Shown here: piece after piece, positions 38,101-51,310 of the stretch
How positions within the stretch are numbered: position 1 is the stretch's first letter
Layout of the letters: every line of letters begins with the position of its first letter
DNA from: Camelus dromedarius
Taxonomy: Eukaryota
DNA: 64,000 nt
Assembly: GCF_036321535.1 (NCBI RefSeq)
Contig: NC_087447.1
Coordinates: 39,124,001 to 39,188,000 of the forward strand
Direction of reading: 5' to 3'
Notes under the pieces: generated by a model
Databases searched by the model: none
What the model was told of the DNA's origin: nothing
What the model saw: the letters and a program-made list of their open reading frames with translations, nothing else
Made by a program: the position numbers and the translations under genes

Positions 38101-40261
38101 TCATGCACAGAAATGGCTTGCTCTTTGTTGAGTATTTGGATCTTGATGGTTTTTTCTTTGCGTTTAGAAGCACCCAAGAGAAGTAGATTCTGGAATAGTA
38201 GATAATAAAAAATAAGCTGATTTTTTTAGATGAAATTTTATTTGTATGTAACATGAGAAGCTTCAACTCATTGATTTCAAAGATGACTTTTAAGTTCTAC
38301 GATACTCCTTTTTAAATATCATATGTGTTTCTGGAGGATACAATGACCTGAAAGCTTTATGGAACTATAGTTTAGATATTTCTGACCAAAACAGCACATC
38401 TTGAGCAGCATTGACTAACTTTTTCTGTTGTGCTTCCAATCTTTGATTAAAAACCTTTTGATTTTTTTTTGTTAGAAAATTTATTTCACATTATTTTTCT
38501 TGGTGGACCCAGTACAGTACTTTTGAATAGTTTCATAGATTGAGAAGAAGATAGAATTAAAAAAGGAGCTAGGTAAAATAGCCTAGCATCTTGTTTTATA
38601 CTCCAGTCTTTGTTGAATCGGTAAGGGTTAGAGTTTTAAGTAAAAATTACAAGATTATAGAAATTAGTAGAACACCTTAATCTCTGATTTTTCAATTTTG
38701 TTTACCCTTTTATAAAAATAAAAGCAGGCTCCAAGTGTTTTTTTTTTTTTTAATACTTCTAAAGAAGATTTTCAAACGATTCTAACACAATTTTTGGTAG
38801 CATTTTTCAGTATTTACATTGAGATGTTTGTTTCCTTTGCATGATATATGTAAATGACTATTGTGATTCTTCTGTGGGCAGTTGTAGTAGTAGACATTTA
38901 TGTTGCTATTTCCTCATTCCTAGGTTCTTTGACAATGGTTTTCTATAATACGTGGAATAAAATGTTGAACAAAACACAGGAAAAATGGAAAGTTACCAAT
39001 ATCAAAAGAAATACACTAAGTTTTTTTTCTGTTGAGAAAAAGGAATTAACAAACTTAGTATATGCATTTTAGTTTTTAGGAAGTTTGACTTCAAGAGAGT
39101 AGAACCAACCATAGAACACAAATGACATTATAGGTGATACAGGAATTATAACAGACCTGGTTTTTCCTTCTTAGTTGTTGAGCTTTTCATTTCAGTGTTT
39201 TTTGATTTGTTTCTTATCTTAAGCTTTGAAGTTTAAAAGGACTGAAACATTTTTACTTAATTTGTCTAAATATATTTCATTTTGTGCCAAGATGTTCCAA
39301 CCTAAAGAAGATACATTTAAGGGGACAGAAATAGCCTCTTCAGCTTGATTTTCCTAAATGTGACATTATAACACCAAACATTATGAGATGCCAAAAAATC
39401 TTAATCATAATATATCAATAATCTTAAGGATGTAGTGATAATCACATATTTACCCCATGAGTAGCTTCTGTATACGTTTTTTCCTTTTATTGGCTCTTAA
39501 ACCAGCATGTTTGGTTTGTGAGTGTGTTTTTCTTTTTTTGAAAAAACCTTTGCAGTTCACCTTTTAAGGGAGATAACTCCACCAGAAAGAGAGAAGGCGA
39601 GGAAGGTCCTTCAGTCTAACTCCCTGAAGTGCCCAGCACATTTGGAAGACTCAACATGTTGTCAGTGGAATGTCTGTCCTTTGCAAAGCCAGTTTGCTCT
39701 AAACAGACTAACCTAGGCAGAACATGCTCGAATCTGCCATTTTTAACATCAGTATTAAATGGGGCTGTTCGCCTGAAAACAGTTTGTGGGGTGGGTCTTT
39801 GCCTTTTGGGGGAATTATTAATAGTTGCTCAATCCATGAAATGTAAGATGTATCCATTTTGTACTTTCTGACAAGGTAGTTTTTTTTTTTTTTTCTCTCC
39901 AGATGAGGTCTTGTAGGCATCAGAGTAAAGTTCTTTGCCTGCTTGAGAATGATATGTTTGATACCTTCTTTTGGTTTTCTTTATTTGAAGAAATTGGGGC
40001 AGATCCCATTGTAGTAAGTTTGTATATATCTTTCAGAAGGAGATTCTTCCTATGGATTGGGTTACCTGGTTGGTTATTAAAGCTTCTCTTGTTTCAACTT
40101 ATGTAGACATTTGCTTATATATTAACTGTACTGAATTGTCCTGTCATGTGGCTAGTCATCCTTTGGCATCACTGCATCCATTATTTGGGCTTTTAGGGTT
40201 GTCAGTCTCCTTTGATGATCAAGATAAACTTAATCATTTCCAAGTGCTTTGATTTTAATAA

Positions 40262-40423
<162 letters not shown>

Positions 40424-41019
40424 TAATTTTCTTTTGGAAAAATAAGTTCTACAGTTCCAGTTGGAATATAGTTTGAATACTCAGAGAAAAACTCAGACAA
40501 ATGATTATTAAATGCTTACGCAGTAGACATAAATGACAAAAATAGGCTTCCTTTATCTGAGAAGATAAATAGAAGGCTATTAGAAATTATTATTTATTCG
40601 ATTAGATTCCCTAGCAATATAGGGATGTGAATGTCTTTTCCGCCATAGTTCGACCTAATGCGTTTTTTAGAAGTCCATATAGTGTATTTGGCATGAACGT
40701 GTGTACGTTCCCATAAGATTGGCAGGGCTCTTTGTCTCTAGTGATTGTTGGAGCTCCTCAAAGCCCAACAGAACTAAAAACTAGTACTTTCTGAACATTC
40801 ATATAAAAGCAGTACTAGTTAGCTTACTGGTGTCTTAAGGTATGATAGCTTATTTTCAACTTAAATTGAATTGCAAATGTATTCCATCTTACTTAAATGC
40901 ATACATTTTTAGATTGCTTTTTACTTTATGATTTAAATGAATTTTTCCAGATGTCATGTCAGATGCTTCTTTTATTTTTAGGTGTCCTTACTAAAAACAA
41001 AATGTCTTGGCATTTCATA

Positions 41020-41250
41020 GCATAGTGTAAAGAGTAAAGGTTCTGGAGCCAGATTACTTGTGTTCAAATCCTGTGAGTTAATAGCTGTATGACCCTGGCC
41101 AAGGCACTTAATGTTTCTCTCTCAGTTTTGTCATCTAAAATGGGAGCATTGGTAAGTACTTTATAGGGTTATTATGAGGATAGAATGAATTCATACATGA
41201 AAAACACTTAAGATAGGACCTGGCACATAGTAATTTCTCAGTATGTATTC
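41020..41250 (+). mobile_element. MIR SINE
   Basis: ttctggagccagattacttgtgttcaaatcc...ctcagttttgtcatctaaaatggg...cctggcacatagtaa. Confidence 0.75.
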
Positions 41251-42059
41251 ATGATGGTGAAAATGAAGATAATGGTGTTGATCAATGACCAGATGAGCTG
41301 TTGGAGATCACAATAATGGGCTACTGAGACATATAGGGAAGGATGACCAGAAATAGGGACTTTATAGTAAGGGGAGGAAACTCGGGGCTTAAAAAAAATA
41401 GTTGCTGACACATAAGCTTTACCAGTGTGTGTCCTCTTCTGTCGGTGGGATTTAGCTGTTTGATTTCAGCACTAAAGAGAAGGCAACTGGAGAGAGTGAC
41501 TCTAGATTGGGAGGACAGGGATGGCCTTTCTAAGAAGCAGACATTTGATCTGAAGCCTGATGACAAGTGGGTTGGAACTAGATTGTAAAAAAGCCTCATG
41601 TTCTGTGCTAAGGACTATAGACCTTCCCCTTTAAGCATGAGGAACCATTGGTAGTTTTTAAGCAAGGATGTAATATGATTACACTTGTGTTAAAGTGGTG
41701 ATTCTGTGTGGAGGACAGATTGGAATATAGTGAGATGGGAATTTTAGACTTTCTAATAGCCGAAGAGCAATTAAGGACAAGGGAGTAGAAGTGGAAGCTT
41801 TTCTGATCTCTGGTGCTGCCCTTCAGATGGGAATTGAATGGAAGTGTGAAACAAAGGAGATACTCTACACAAGGTCTTTAGAAGGTATTTAGTCCTGCTT
41901 GCTCCTGCGGGCCCCACACCACCCAGTCCCACCTCAACCACATATGTGCACACTCCACAGATGGCTACACTAGCTACCAGTGATGCCTACATACATCCTC
42001 CTGTGCAGGAATCCTTAATCGAGTCCCTATTATGTGAGGCCAGTTTTTTTCTGATTCTA

Positions 42060-42272
42060 ATTGTGGCCCATGGGCCAAGTCCAACCCATTGCCTGTTTTT
42101 TTTTTTTTTTATAAAGTTTTATTGAAACATAGACAAGCTAATTTATGTATTGTCTGTGGCTGATTTCACTTTACAATGGCATAATTGAGTAGGTGTGTCA
42201 GAGACCATATGGCCCACAAATCTGAAATATTTACCATCTGGCCCTTTACAGAAAATGTTTGCCAGTCTTTGG
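42060..42272. mobile_element. MER58-like hAT element
   Basis: ggcccatgggccaagtcc...ataaagttttattgaaaca...ctggccctttacagaaaatgtttgcc. Confidence 0.7.
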
Positions 42273-42483
42273 TCTGAACTGGCAATTCTTACTAGTAGGA
42301 AGGAGAGAAGGAACTTGTGATAGCTTCTAAAGAAAGTATGTCTTTAGAGAAATTGGCTTACTGGTAAATGAGTGAAAATTTTTCCAAAACTAGGATAGTC
42401 CTTACTGGTTGTTACTTTATAGTGATTATGATCCAAGAGGAGGAAGCTATATAATCAGGGAAAGCTAGGTCAACTGGAGGGAG

Positions 42484-42932
42484 GACGACGACAAAAATAC
42501 CCTACAGCCTTAAAGTTGAGGATTATGTTTTATTTAGTGACCTTACTGAGGATTATAGCACAGGATACAACAGCTTCTCAGTTCTGAGAAACTATTCCAA
42601 AGAGGTAGGGGAGGAGCCAGTATATATGTATGAATTTTTGCTGAAAAAAACATGTAGTTGAACATCAAAAGATTACTGCTAATCACAAAAAAAAGACATC
42701 TCAAGTTAATGATTTTAGTGCTTCTCTATTTGAGAAGATACAGAAATCAGGGCTCATTGAAATTATTCCCTTGATATGCATCTCAGCTGTCTTGGGCCAG
42801 AATCCTGTTTTTCTCCATCCTAAATTCCCTTCAGGGTACACTGTAGGGCAGGGCGGGGAAGAAGGGGCCTCCAGCATGGCAGGCAGCATTTGTTGTTTAC
42901 TAAAAAGACAGGCAACATTTTTTTTTGTCCAC
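42484..42932 (-). mobile_element. ERV1 solo LTR, MER41-like
   Basis: aaagttgaggattatgttttattt...ctgagaaactattccaaagaggtaggggaggagccag...catctcaagttaatgattttagtgc...ttttgtccaca; family name assigned from memory. Confidence 0.65.
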
Positions 42933-43447
42933 AGCTGCTTAGGAATTGCCAATCTGAATGAACTGCTTGGTCGTTGAGAGTAGTAACATTAAGATGGTAT
43001 GGGGTTAAAATATTTGCTTTGCTAACCTAGGTGCAGAAGTACCTGGAACCAGTGAAGCTGTTGAGCTCTAAAGCTGCTTGTCATTTAACAACAAAAAAAG
43101 AAAGATAAACACTCAGAACAAAATAAAGATAAGATTTAGGTTTAATGAAAATAGAAGGCTAATGTGGTAAATTGCAGGCCTTGAGGCCAGATAATCCTGT
43201 TCAGGGATGGTAAGGATAGGACTGGCACCCGTGGTGTGCTCCGTACCATTGTATTCGGGCCCCAGCCCCTCCGTGCTCTTACTTTAGGAATGTCTTTCTG
43301 GTGGTTGATGGATGGTGGAAGATTTTGTGAATTATATCAGTAGGATTTCAGTTTCTTGTTGTTGAACTGATGACTAAGGGGGTAGAATATTTGTTTCCGT
43401 TCTTTAGTTTGTTTGTTCAGGAACTGCAGTACAAAAGCCCTCTTTAG

Positions 43448-43849
<402 letters not shown>

Positions 43850-44636
43850 TGCTGACGTTCCTTGAAACCATAGCATGCTACTCTTCACAGTGACGTTGCA
43901 CTCTCCTCATTCTGCACTGCAAGGCCACTCTCTTCATTGTGAGATGCACATAACAATGTTTAGGATATTGCAGTGTAGGCTTTTTTAAAGACCAAAGGTA
44001 GCTGAATGGTTTTTTAAATGAGTACAACTCTAGCATCTTGAAGTTCCAGTTATATAAATGTATTTGTTTACCAGTAGGTTTGTGAAATTGGTTCTTTGTA
44101 TGGGGGACAGTCCTTTTTCACACATCTAGATCTTTTCAGGCGTGGTGGAAATTGGCAGCTGGGGTACTTTCAGTCTAGATTGATATTTATCACACCCCAG
44201 ATAAAGTGTAGAATATTATATAGTTGCACTTTATAAATGGTGGTTAAGTGGAATTGTTCAAGCCATTTTTATAGTTGTGATGCACAGTATAATTAAGTGC
44301 TTCTATCAGAGTATTCCTTCAGTAAAGTGTGTTTTCTGCTGCCTATGATGAGCAAAAAATGAGTTTATCATTGGGCTTATTTGAATGATTAGGATGAAAT
44401 TCAATGCCCACATCTTTTCAGTTATCTCCAGTGCCCTTTTCACTCTTTCCAAGGGAGTTACATGCAGGGAGTGTGAACATCAGAGGTGGTTTATTATCCA
44501 GTCTGCCTTACCCTTAATCTGTTCACAGATTATTTATTTACTAATAATTTTTTTCTTAAGAGTTATGAGATAGGAAAATGAACTGTTTGCTCTTCATTTA
44601 CTAAATGATTGTAAACTCACTCAAGTTTTTCATCAA

Positions 44637-44642
44637 AATAAA
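44637..44642 (+). terminator. BTBD10 polyadenylation signal AATAAA
   Basis: AATAAA about 790 nt after the stop codon, followed by U/GU-rich sequence. Confidence 0.75.
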
Positions 44643-45239
44643 ATTCCATTGTTTTAATGTTTCTGATATTTATAACCATCTTGAGCAGATTTTCAGTTTC
44701 ATAATTAGCAGATTTCCTGTCTTATTGGAATCATAACTAGAATGCAGATAGTAGCTCAAGGAACTCCAATTTGGTATATGTGGGATGAGGCACTTGTATT
44801 CCCTACTAATTATAAAATATACTATAAATCCAAAATATTGTTAGAGCTGAAAAGAACATTTTCTAATCCAACTTGATACGGAGGGTGAAATACCTTTACC
44901 AGGTCCTGTAGTAGCCTTAAGTTTCAGAGACAAATTCTTGGCAGTGGTTCACTGCTTTTTCCATTGTACTGTGCTATATATTCTGCTTAGCAAGTTATTC
45001 ATGCAAGTACTTTTTTCTTTTTTTTCTTTTTTTTTTTTTAGTATCCTGTGGCCCAGTTCAAGAAGGAATCGGAAGTATTTGGGTGCTTTGGATCTGGGGT
45101 CACTTAATGTTTGAAGCCATACAAGGTAGTAGTTCAGAGAGGAGGTGTAGTAGAGAAGCTGATTTGTTCTGTTTAATCTTTGACTTTGTCATTTCAGAGG
45201 ATCCGAAGTATGTGTGTAAGCATGTTGTGTGTGAGAATG

Positions 45240-45245
45240 TTTATT
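45240..45245 (-). terminator. Possible distal BMAL1 polyadenylation signal
   Basis: TTTATT on + (AATAAA on -), about 260 nt beyond the proximal signal. Confidence 0.35.
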
Positions 45246-45501
45246 CTCATATAAATTAAAATTTGCAACAATTTGGAGATTAACTATGTTTACAATACAG
45301 CTAAACTAGTAACAGGGAAATTATGTAAGTCCTAGAATTGTTATGAAGGCCAGAAAAGCACTGCCCATGTTTTTGGTGTGGATCATCCATAAATACCCAC
45401 CATGGAAAAAAATCGATGATGCAGCCCTGTGGCATTTTCCTGTAGGATTTTTTTCCCTAATCATTTGAAATGTGAACAGTATTTATAGAACAAGGGAAAC
45501 A

Positions 45502-45507
45502 TTTATT
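45502..45507 (-). terminator. BMAL1 proximal polyadenylation signal AATAAA
   Basis: Minus strand reads AATAAAtgtttcccttgttctataaat, about 480 nt after the stop codon. Confidence 0.75.
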
Positions 45508-45987
45508 AAAAATATTTAACTAATACATTATGCTTTAACCCATATTTATAGTAAAGGATTCTTACAAGGAAGAATAAACGGCTTTATGATACAATTAGTA
45601 TAAGAAATATCCACATGGGGGACTTCTTTGTAGTGTAAAAACACCATACATCTGAAATGACCATTTGCATATAAAAGCTACCAATGATGCTTCTGTGCAC
45701 AATGATTAAAAAATTCAACACAAACAGAATCCAAAATATACAATTAATGCAAGCTATCCACAGCTAGCCCAATAATCAATGATGAGGAAACACTGGAGCA
45801 GGCTTAGTTCCACTTTGTCTGAAGTTACACATAGTAAGATTGACTTGTATCAATGGCTCTGAGATGGCTTTTATGAAGACGGTACATAAAAGCTGTTCTC
45901 TCCTTGTCCAGTAAGCTTCACAGACTGTAAACCTCCATCAGTAATGCACTTTGATACTGTAGCTGTTGCCAAAGCAACACATAGTGC

Positions 45988-46230
<243 letters not shown>

Positions 46231-46871
46231 TTATATTTAACAGTAGGGCGAGCAGGATTGAGGGAGGCTGCTTTGTGGGCTGCATTGCCATGTACATTTT
46301 TTAACTTTGGTATTTTTCAGAGGGAAGAACGAACTTTTTAGAAACAAAGTACTTAAAATTCAGTAAAGATTGAAAGTATTTTAGCTGACCTCATCTTATG
46401 ATATAACCAGTTATAAGGAGGGAGTTACAGAAAAAAGAAATAATAGGAAGGTAGAGATTCGAGGGCAAACTTCTAGAGAGAAAAAGATGGGTAGGATGGG
46501 AGAAGCAGACTCCTTATCGCTTAATGACTTGGCATACCCTCTGAAATGCTTATTGAGCCCCCTTTTAGGCATCATCTCTGAACCTCCATTAGCCCTCCCT
46601 CTGAAGAAATTATGTTCCACACGCTGGGAGAAAGCCTGTGTCGAGGTGGCTGTAGCCTCCTGAGTTCCTGGGACAAACATGGACCCCCACCAGAACCCAA
46701 CCATTAAACACAACTTTGAAGTAAAGATTTAAACAAATTTTATACCTTTTCTTTGTTCTCATCAAGTTTACCTAGAACTAGCTTGTTTTGTACATTCAGT
46801 TCTTAAAATTGACTTTGTCAAATGTTTTTTGCAAGGTCATTGCAATGGAAGTGAATAACAAAGCTACTTAC

Positions 46872-46974
46872 CAAGAATAGAAGAGCTATCAGAATATGGA
46901 TAACCTGGGTTCTCCTGAGCCTGCCCTGGTAGTAGGCCACTGGAAGGAATGTCTGGAGTCCCTCCATTTAAAAT
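46872..46974 (-). CDS. BMAL1: BMAL1 coding exon
   Basis: ggcag|ATT; ILNGGTPDIPSSGLLPGQAQENPGYPYSDSSSIL; G|gtaagt; 103 nt. Confidence 0.97.
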
Positions 46975-47604
46975 CTGCCAACAAAAGTGACGTTTTCACA
47001 TCATCAGTTTCACTATTACTTGCAGTGCCACCAAGAAAATGAGGTGTGTTGAAAAGAGGAAGGTGAGGAGAAAAAGCTTCAAATGGCTTCAGTTTCCTTT
47101 TGGATGATGTCACGTAAGAGATGGTCACAGTAAGGAAAAATACCTCTCCCCTAAATTCTTCTCTTTATTCGATTCAGCCCACAGGCAATTCAAAGGCTGA
47201 ATAGAATCCATAGAGCATTCATTACCTTAGATCATGCTGTTCACATTTCTTTAGAGCCAAAGACTAAGCCTCAGTGAGCCCAGCTGGGCAGGTCCCATGT
47301 AAGGGAGTTAAACTTCTTACAGCAACAAATGTTGCCGAAGAAGAAATAAAGGGTTGTTAAACTGAAGAGACAACAGCTCTGAAGTCACTAATGTAGAAGT
47401 AAACCTCATCACTAGATACCACAGGTGCTGACTTCAGTAACCAGTGGTTTAAGTTGTAAGAAAGGCTGCAGAGAAGTAGTGTTACTCTATTTCTGTGTGC
47501 CCCCAGCTGCCTCCCCCTGGCTGAGCCTCACAGAAAAAGCACCTTTTGAGAAGTATCTCGTTGTAGGAGAGGAAATAGTTTGATGGCAGCTTCGATTTCA
47601 GGCC

Positions 47605-47623
47605 TTGCCAGTAGATGGCACTA
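47605..47623 (+). promoter_or_regulatory. CTCF-like motif
   Basis: TTGCCAGTAGATGGCACTA fits the CTCF core CCASYAGRKGGCRS. Confidence 0.55.
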
Positions 47624-47669
47624 CAACTTTATCTCCCCAGTCCAATTTTTTTTTTTTTTTACAAGACTA

Positions 47670-48971
47670 TCAAAAAGACTACACTCTAAATAAAAGTTGA
47701 GGACTCCAAAGAACTTTATGTAGGCTATATTTATCAATATTTACTATAATTGAAGTTAAAACTAATACATTTTAAAAAATCAAACCTATTACATGTTAAT
47801 ATGAATGGCATTTTAATGAAAAAATAAACCAATTTCCCCCAAAAGGAAAAGTTAGACGTGTCATTTTACATTTTTTGCAAATCAGATGTATGGCTTAATA
47901 GAATTTAATTGGATTCGCATTTGCTGCTTCTGTCTGTTTTGATATGTTGTCTGAAGTACATATATGAAGGAGCTCTGGCCTCACAGATAGGCAGTTGGAA
48001 AAGGATTGTGTATTAGTAGCCTTTTCAAATAATCATATTCTTTGATTCTCCATCAAAACTTAGCAAGTGGAAATTTTTTAAAGATTAGCTGCAGTGAGGA
48101 ATTTAAAATCGTTATCAGTGAAAACTTGGTACTGTCATGTTAAAATCCATCGGTACCTCTAGGCACTTGGGATGGATCTTTCACCTTTGCATGATTTTGA
48201 ACTCTTACATCGGTTATTTGGAAAATACTGGTTCACTGAGTTAAGCAGAGCTTCCAAATGTTGACACATTTCATCAGACAACATCAAAACATCACCATTG
48301 TTAATATTACCTATATCAGAAATACCTTTTATATTTTGAGAAGCAGTTGAGTCAAAGGAGCAGATACAAGTTTTCTAAAAATTCTAATTTTTGTTTGAAA
48401 GCTAAAATTTTACCACTGTCAGCTCTTTTCCTTTAAGTTGCAGTTTCATTCATTTTCAAAGAAAATGTATGCTAAATACCCGTCTGAAAAACCATAGTTT
48501 GCAATAGTAAAAATGGTGTCCTGTGAAAAAGGCAGTTGGTTCAGCTTACAACTTAGTCGCACGAGTGCTTCTTCTTGAAACAACCATACTTCATTCAACA
48601 CAAGTGCTTTAAGCATACTGCCATTTTGTAACAGTATTAAAAAGATTTACTCAAAGATTTTATAAAAATGATTTTACTGCTTTAATAAGCCAGTCTCATT
48701 TAAGAATGTCCTTAAAAATTTTTTTTCAGTGTGTGGTGAATGAAGTACAGTGACTACCAGTACAGTTTGGTGCCACTGCCCTGATTTTTACAGAAGCACC
48801 AGCAGTTTTACCCAACATTGATTTTGTACTATCAGTTCACATATCAACACAGTAAGAAAAAAATGTTTTAGCATTATGATGAAAATAGTTTTGACCATGC
48901 AGACCCCTGAAAAGAGCCCCCCACCCCACCCCCGCGCCAAAAGACCACAGGTGACGTTTAGGGAACTGCTG
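47670..48971. mobile_element. hAT-Charlie (Charlie1-like) DNA transposon relic
   Basis: gaggactccaaagaacttt...tggcctcacagataggcagttggaaaagg...cagtacagtttggtgccactgcc...gaaaatagttttgacc; no intact transposase ORF. Confidence 0.75.
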
Positions 48972-50903
48972 CTTTATCTGAACCTGCCTTGGTGCCTCTG
49001 GATGTCCAGACTCTTCTGGACTCTAAGGCTTACTGAACCTCCCCCTTTTTAGCTTTACCCTGATTAAAACAACTGGCAGGCTAGATGGCTCATTTCTGGA
49101 CGTGCCAAATTTGAAAATGACTAGGAAGGGTTGGAGGCTTGGATACACTACTTAATGCTGTGCTTCTTAACTCTACCTTGTTTAGGTGTCCTTCTTGTAA
49201 GTTTTGCTGCTGACAACTCAGATTACATTCAGAATTTCCTCTCTCAGACCCATTTTCATAAGCCCAAAGAAAGAGAAAAATTTTCCTTAAGTGCCTCAAA
49301 AATACTTGGGGCTTTGTGATGTAGAGTACACTTTTAAATCTCTGGTGGTTGGTGGGAAAAGAATCAGAAGTCAAGAGACCTGAATTTAGTTTGGGGCCAT
49401 GCTTATTAAATTCTGGACTAATGATGTAACACTTGGTAGCCTGAACCTTGTCACTTACAGGGTTGTGAGGATAAGGTGAGAGATTTATGAAAGTTCCCTG
49501 AGTAATATTTAAGCACTGTACTGGAGTGATAACCTTCCAAGAGTAGTGGGATTCTTGGTAATACCAGAAAGTCAAGTGCCTAAAGCTGAACTGAGACACA
49601 GAGAAGGGGAGACCACTCTAAGGAGATGGTGGATCCAATATGGAGGAAGGGCCTAGCGGTGTAACAGAGCACAGCCTGCAGGCAGGCTGAGGGGTGGCCC
49701 TAGCCCAGACTTCATCTGTTGATGCTACATTCTGAGTCATTATCAAAGGCCAGACACTTTCACGTATGTTATCTCATAATAGGACTTACGTGCAAAGATG
49801 CTAGCCCCATTATTTATATAGAAACTTAGGTCTTAAAAAGTGTACAGAGCCACATAGCACATGGCAAACCTAGGCTTCGAACCTAGGCCTGTTTTCCATT
49901 AATTTATTGGCTTTCAAACCTTTTCCTGGAGGAGTAAAACCTTTTTTCAGGTAAAAACTGTTACAGAAGTATAAAAAAGAAGAAAAGCTGCCCTGGTAGA
50001 AGCAGGAGTCCTGACCGTATCCTTCTGATCAGCTGCCCTGCCCCATCCCACCTGGCAGTGCCACAGCCCCTGGTAACCTAAGCCTCTGAGGAGCCCCGTC
50101 TTGAAAACCCATGTCCTCCTTTTGGCATAATGTGTGCCCTAGAAGTCCGATCTATGTAAATTACTAATATTCTTTCTCTGTACGTATCTTTTGGGAGATG
50201 GGGAAGGAAGAGTATGTCCCAAGATTCTGGCCCTTGGGTCATCCTAACCTACATTAACATCAGGCACTATAAATAGAATTATGGTTTACAGTTAACAGGG
50301 GCCTAGATTTGTAAATTCTCTGGCAAAGGTGAAAACAGATTATTGGTTTCTAAGCCTATTTATAGTGTAGTCTTCTGGCCAATTCTTCATGAGGGCTAAC
50401 CACTGATAAGCTACTTGTACCCAATGCTGTCACATGACAGGAAGCCCCAGGCAGCAGATCCCTAAGTATTCTGCAGCTGCAAAAGCATAACTTGCTTTCC
50501 AAAGCACTGCTGGTGGCATTGTTTCCAGGGCCTGGATTAGGCATTAGTGATATTTTCTCCCTTAGAAACTCCTTGCAGACAACTAGATACTTTCTTATGT
50601 AAGGTACTCACTAATCCTCCCACGTGGGAGCTCTTGAATTCCTCTCTCCATACGATGGACTGATAGCTCCCCAAGCCTTAGAATGATCCCTTTCTGCCCT
50701 CCCCCACTCACATGGAATAAATCCATCCTTAAAGGAAGTCAGCAAGCCTCCCTAGCTCCACTGGTATGCCTTGTACCTAGCCTAACACAGGTGCATTTAC
50801 TTCAAGGAGAATTACAATGATACACTCCCACTTCCAACACTTCAGAACTTGGGCAAGAGCTCTCTAGGTGAAGAAGGGCCTTAGTCTAAGTCATCAGCCC
50901 TAC

Positions 50904-50997
50904 CTTCTTGCCTCCTGGAGAAGAGGCATCAGGGGGAGGTGTACTTGTGATGTTCAGTGGGCTGGAGCCACAGCTGGAAGGCGATGACCCTCTTATC
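50904..50997 (-). CDS. BMAL1: BMAL1 coding exon
   Basis: gacag|G; IRGSSPSSCGSSPLNITSTPPPDASSPGGKK; AAG|gtaggg; 94 nt. Confidence 0.97.
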
Positions 50998-51103
50998 CTG
51001 TCAGAGAAAAGAGGAGTTAGTTACATTGCCTTTCCTTTTTCTCAGCAGAGTGTGTGTGGTTTTGTTGAGGGGTGGGGTGAAAAGAAGGATGAAGACCTAG
51101 AAG

Positions 51104-51310
51104 AGGGACTGGCAAACTTCATCTGTAAAGGGCCAGATGGTAACCACTTGAGGCTCTGTAGGCCGTGTGGTCCCTGTCACAACAGCTGGACTCTGCCTTT
51201 GTGGCCTGAAAGCAGCATGGACAGTGTGCACGTAAGTGGATGTAGCTGTGTTCCAGTAAAACTATTTACAAAAACAGGTGAGAAGCTGGATTTATCCTGG
51301 AGGCACCTGA
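51104..51310. mobile_element. MER58-like hAT element
   Basis: ggcaaacttcatctgtaaagggccagatggtaa...ctgtgttccagtaaaactatttacaaaaacagg. Confidence 0.7.

Noticed and set aside
49090..49599. 169-aa intronic ORF on the - strand
   Set aside because: It has a non-ATG start, overlaps a MIR-like repeat and has no recognisable domain.
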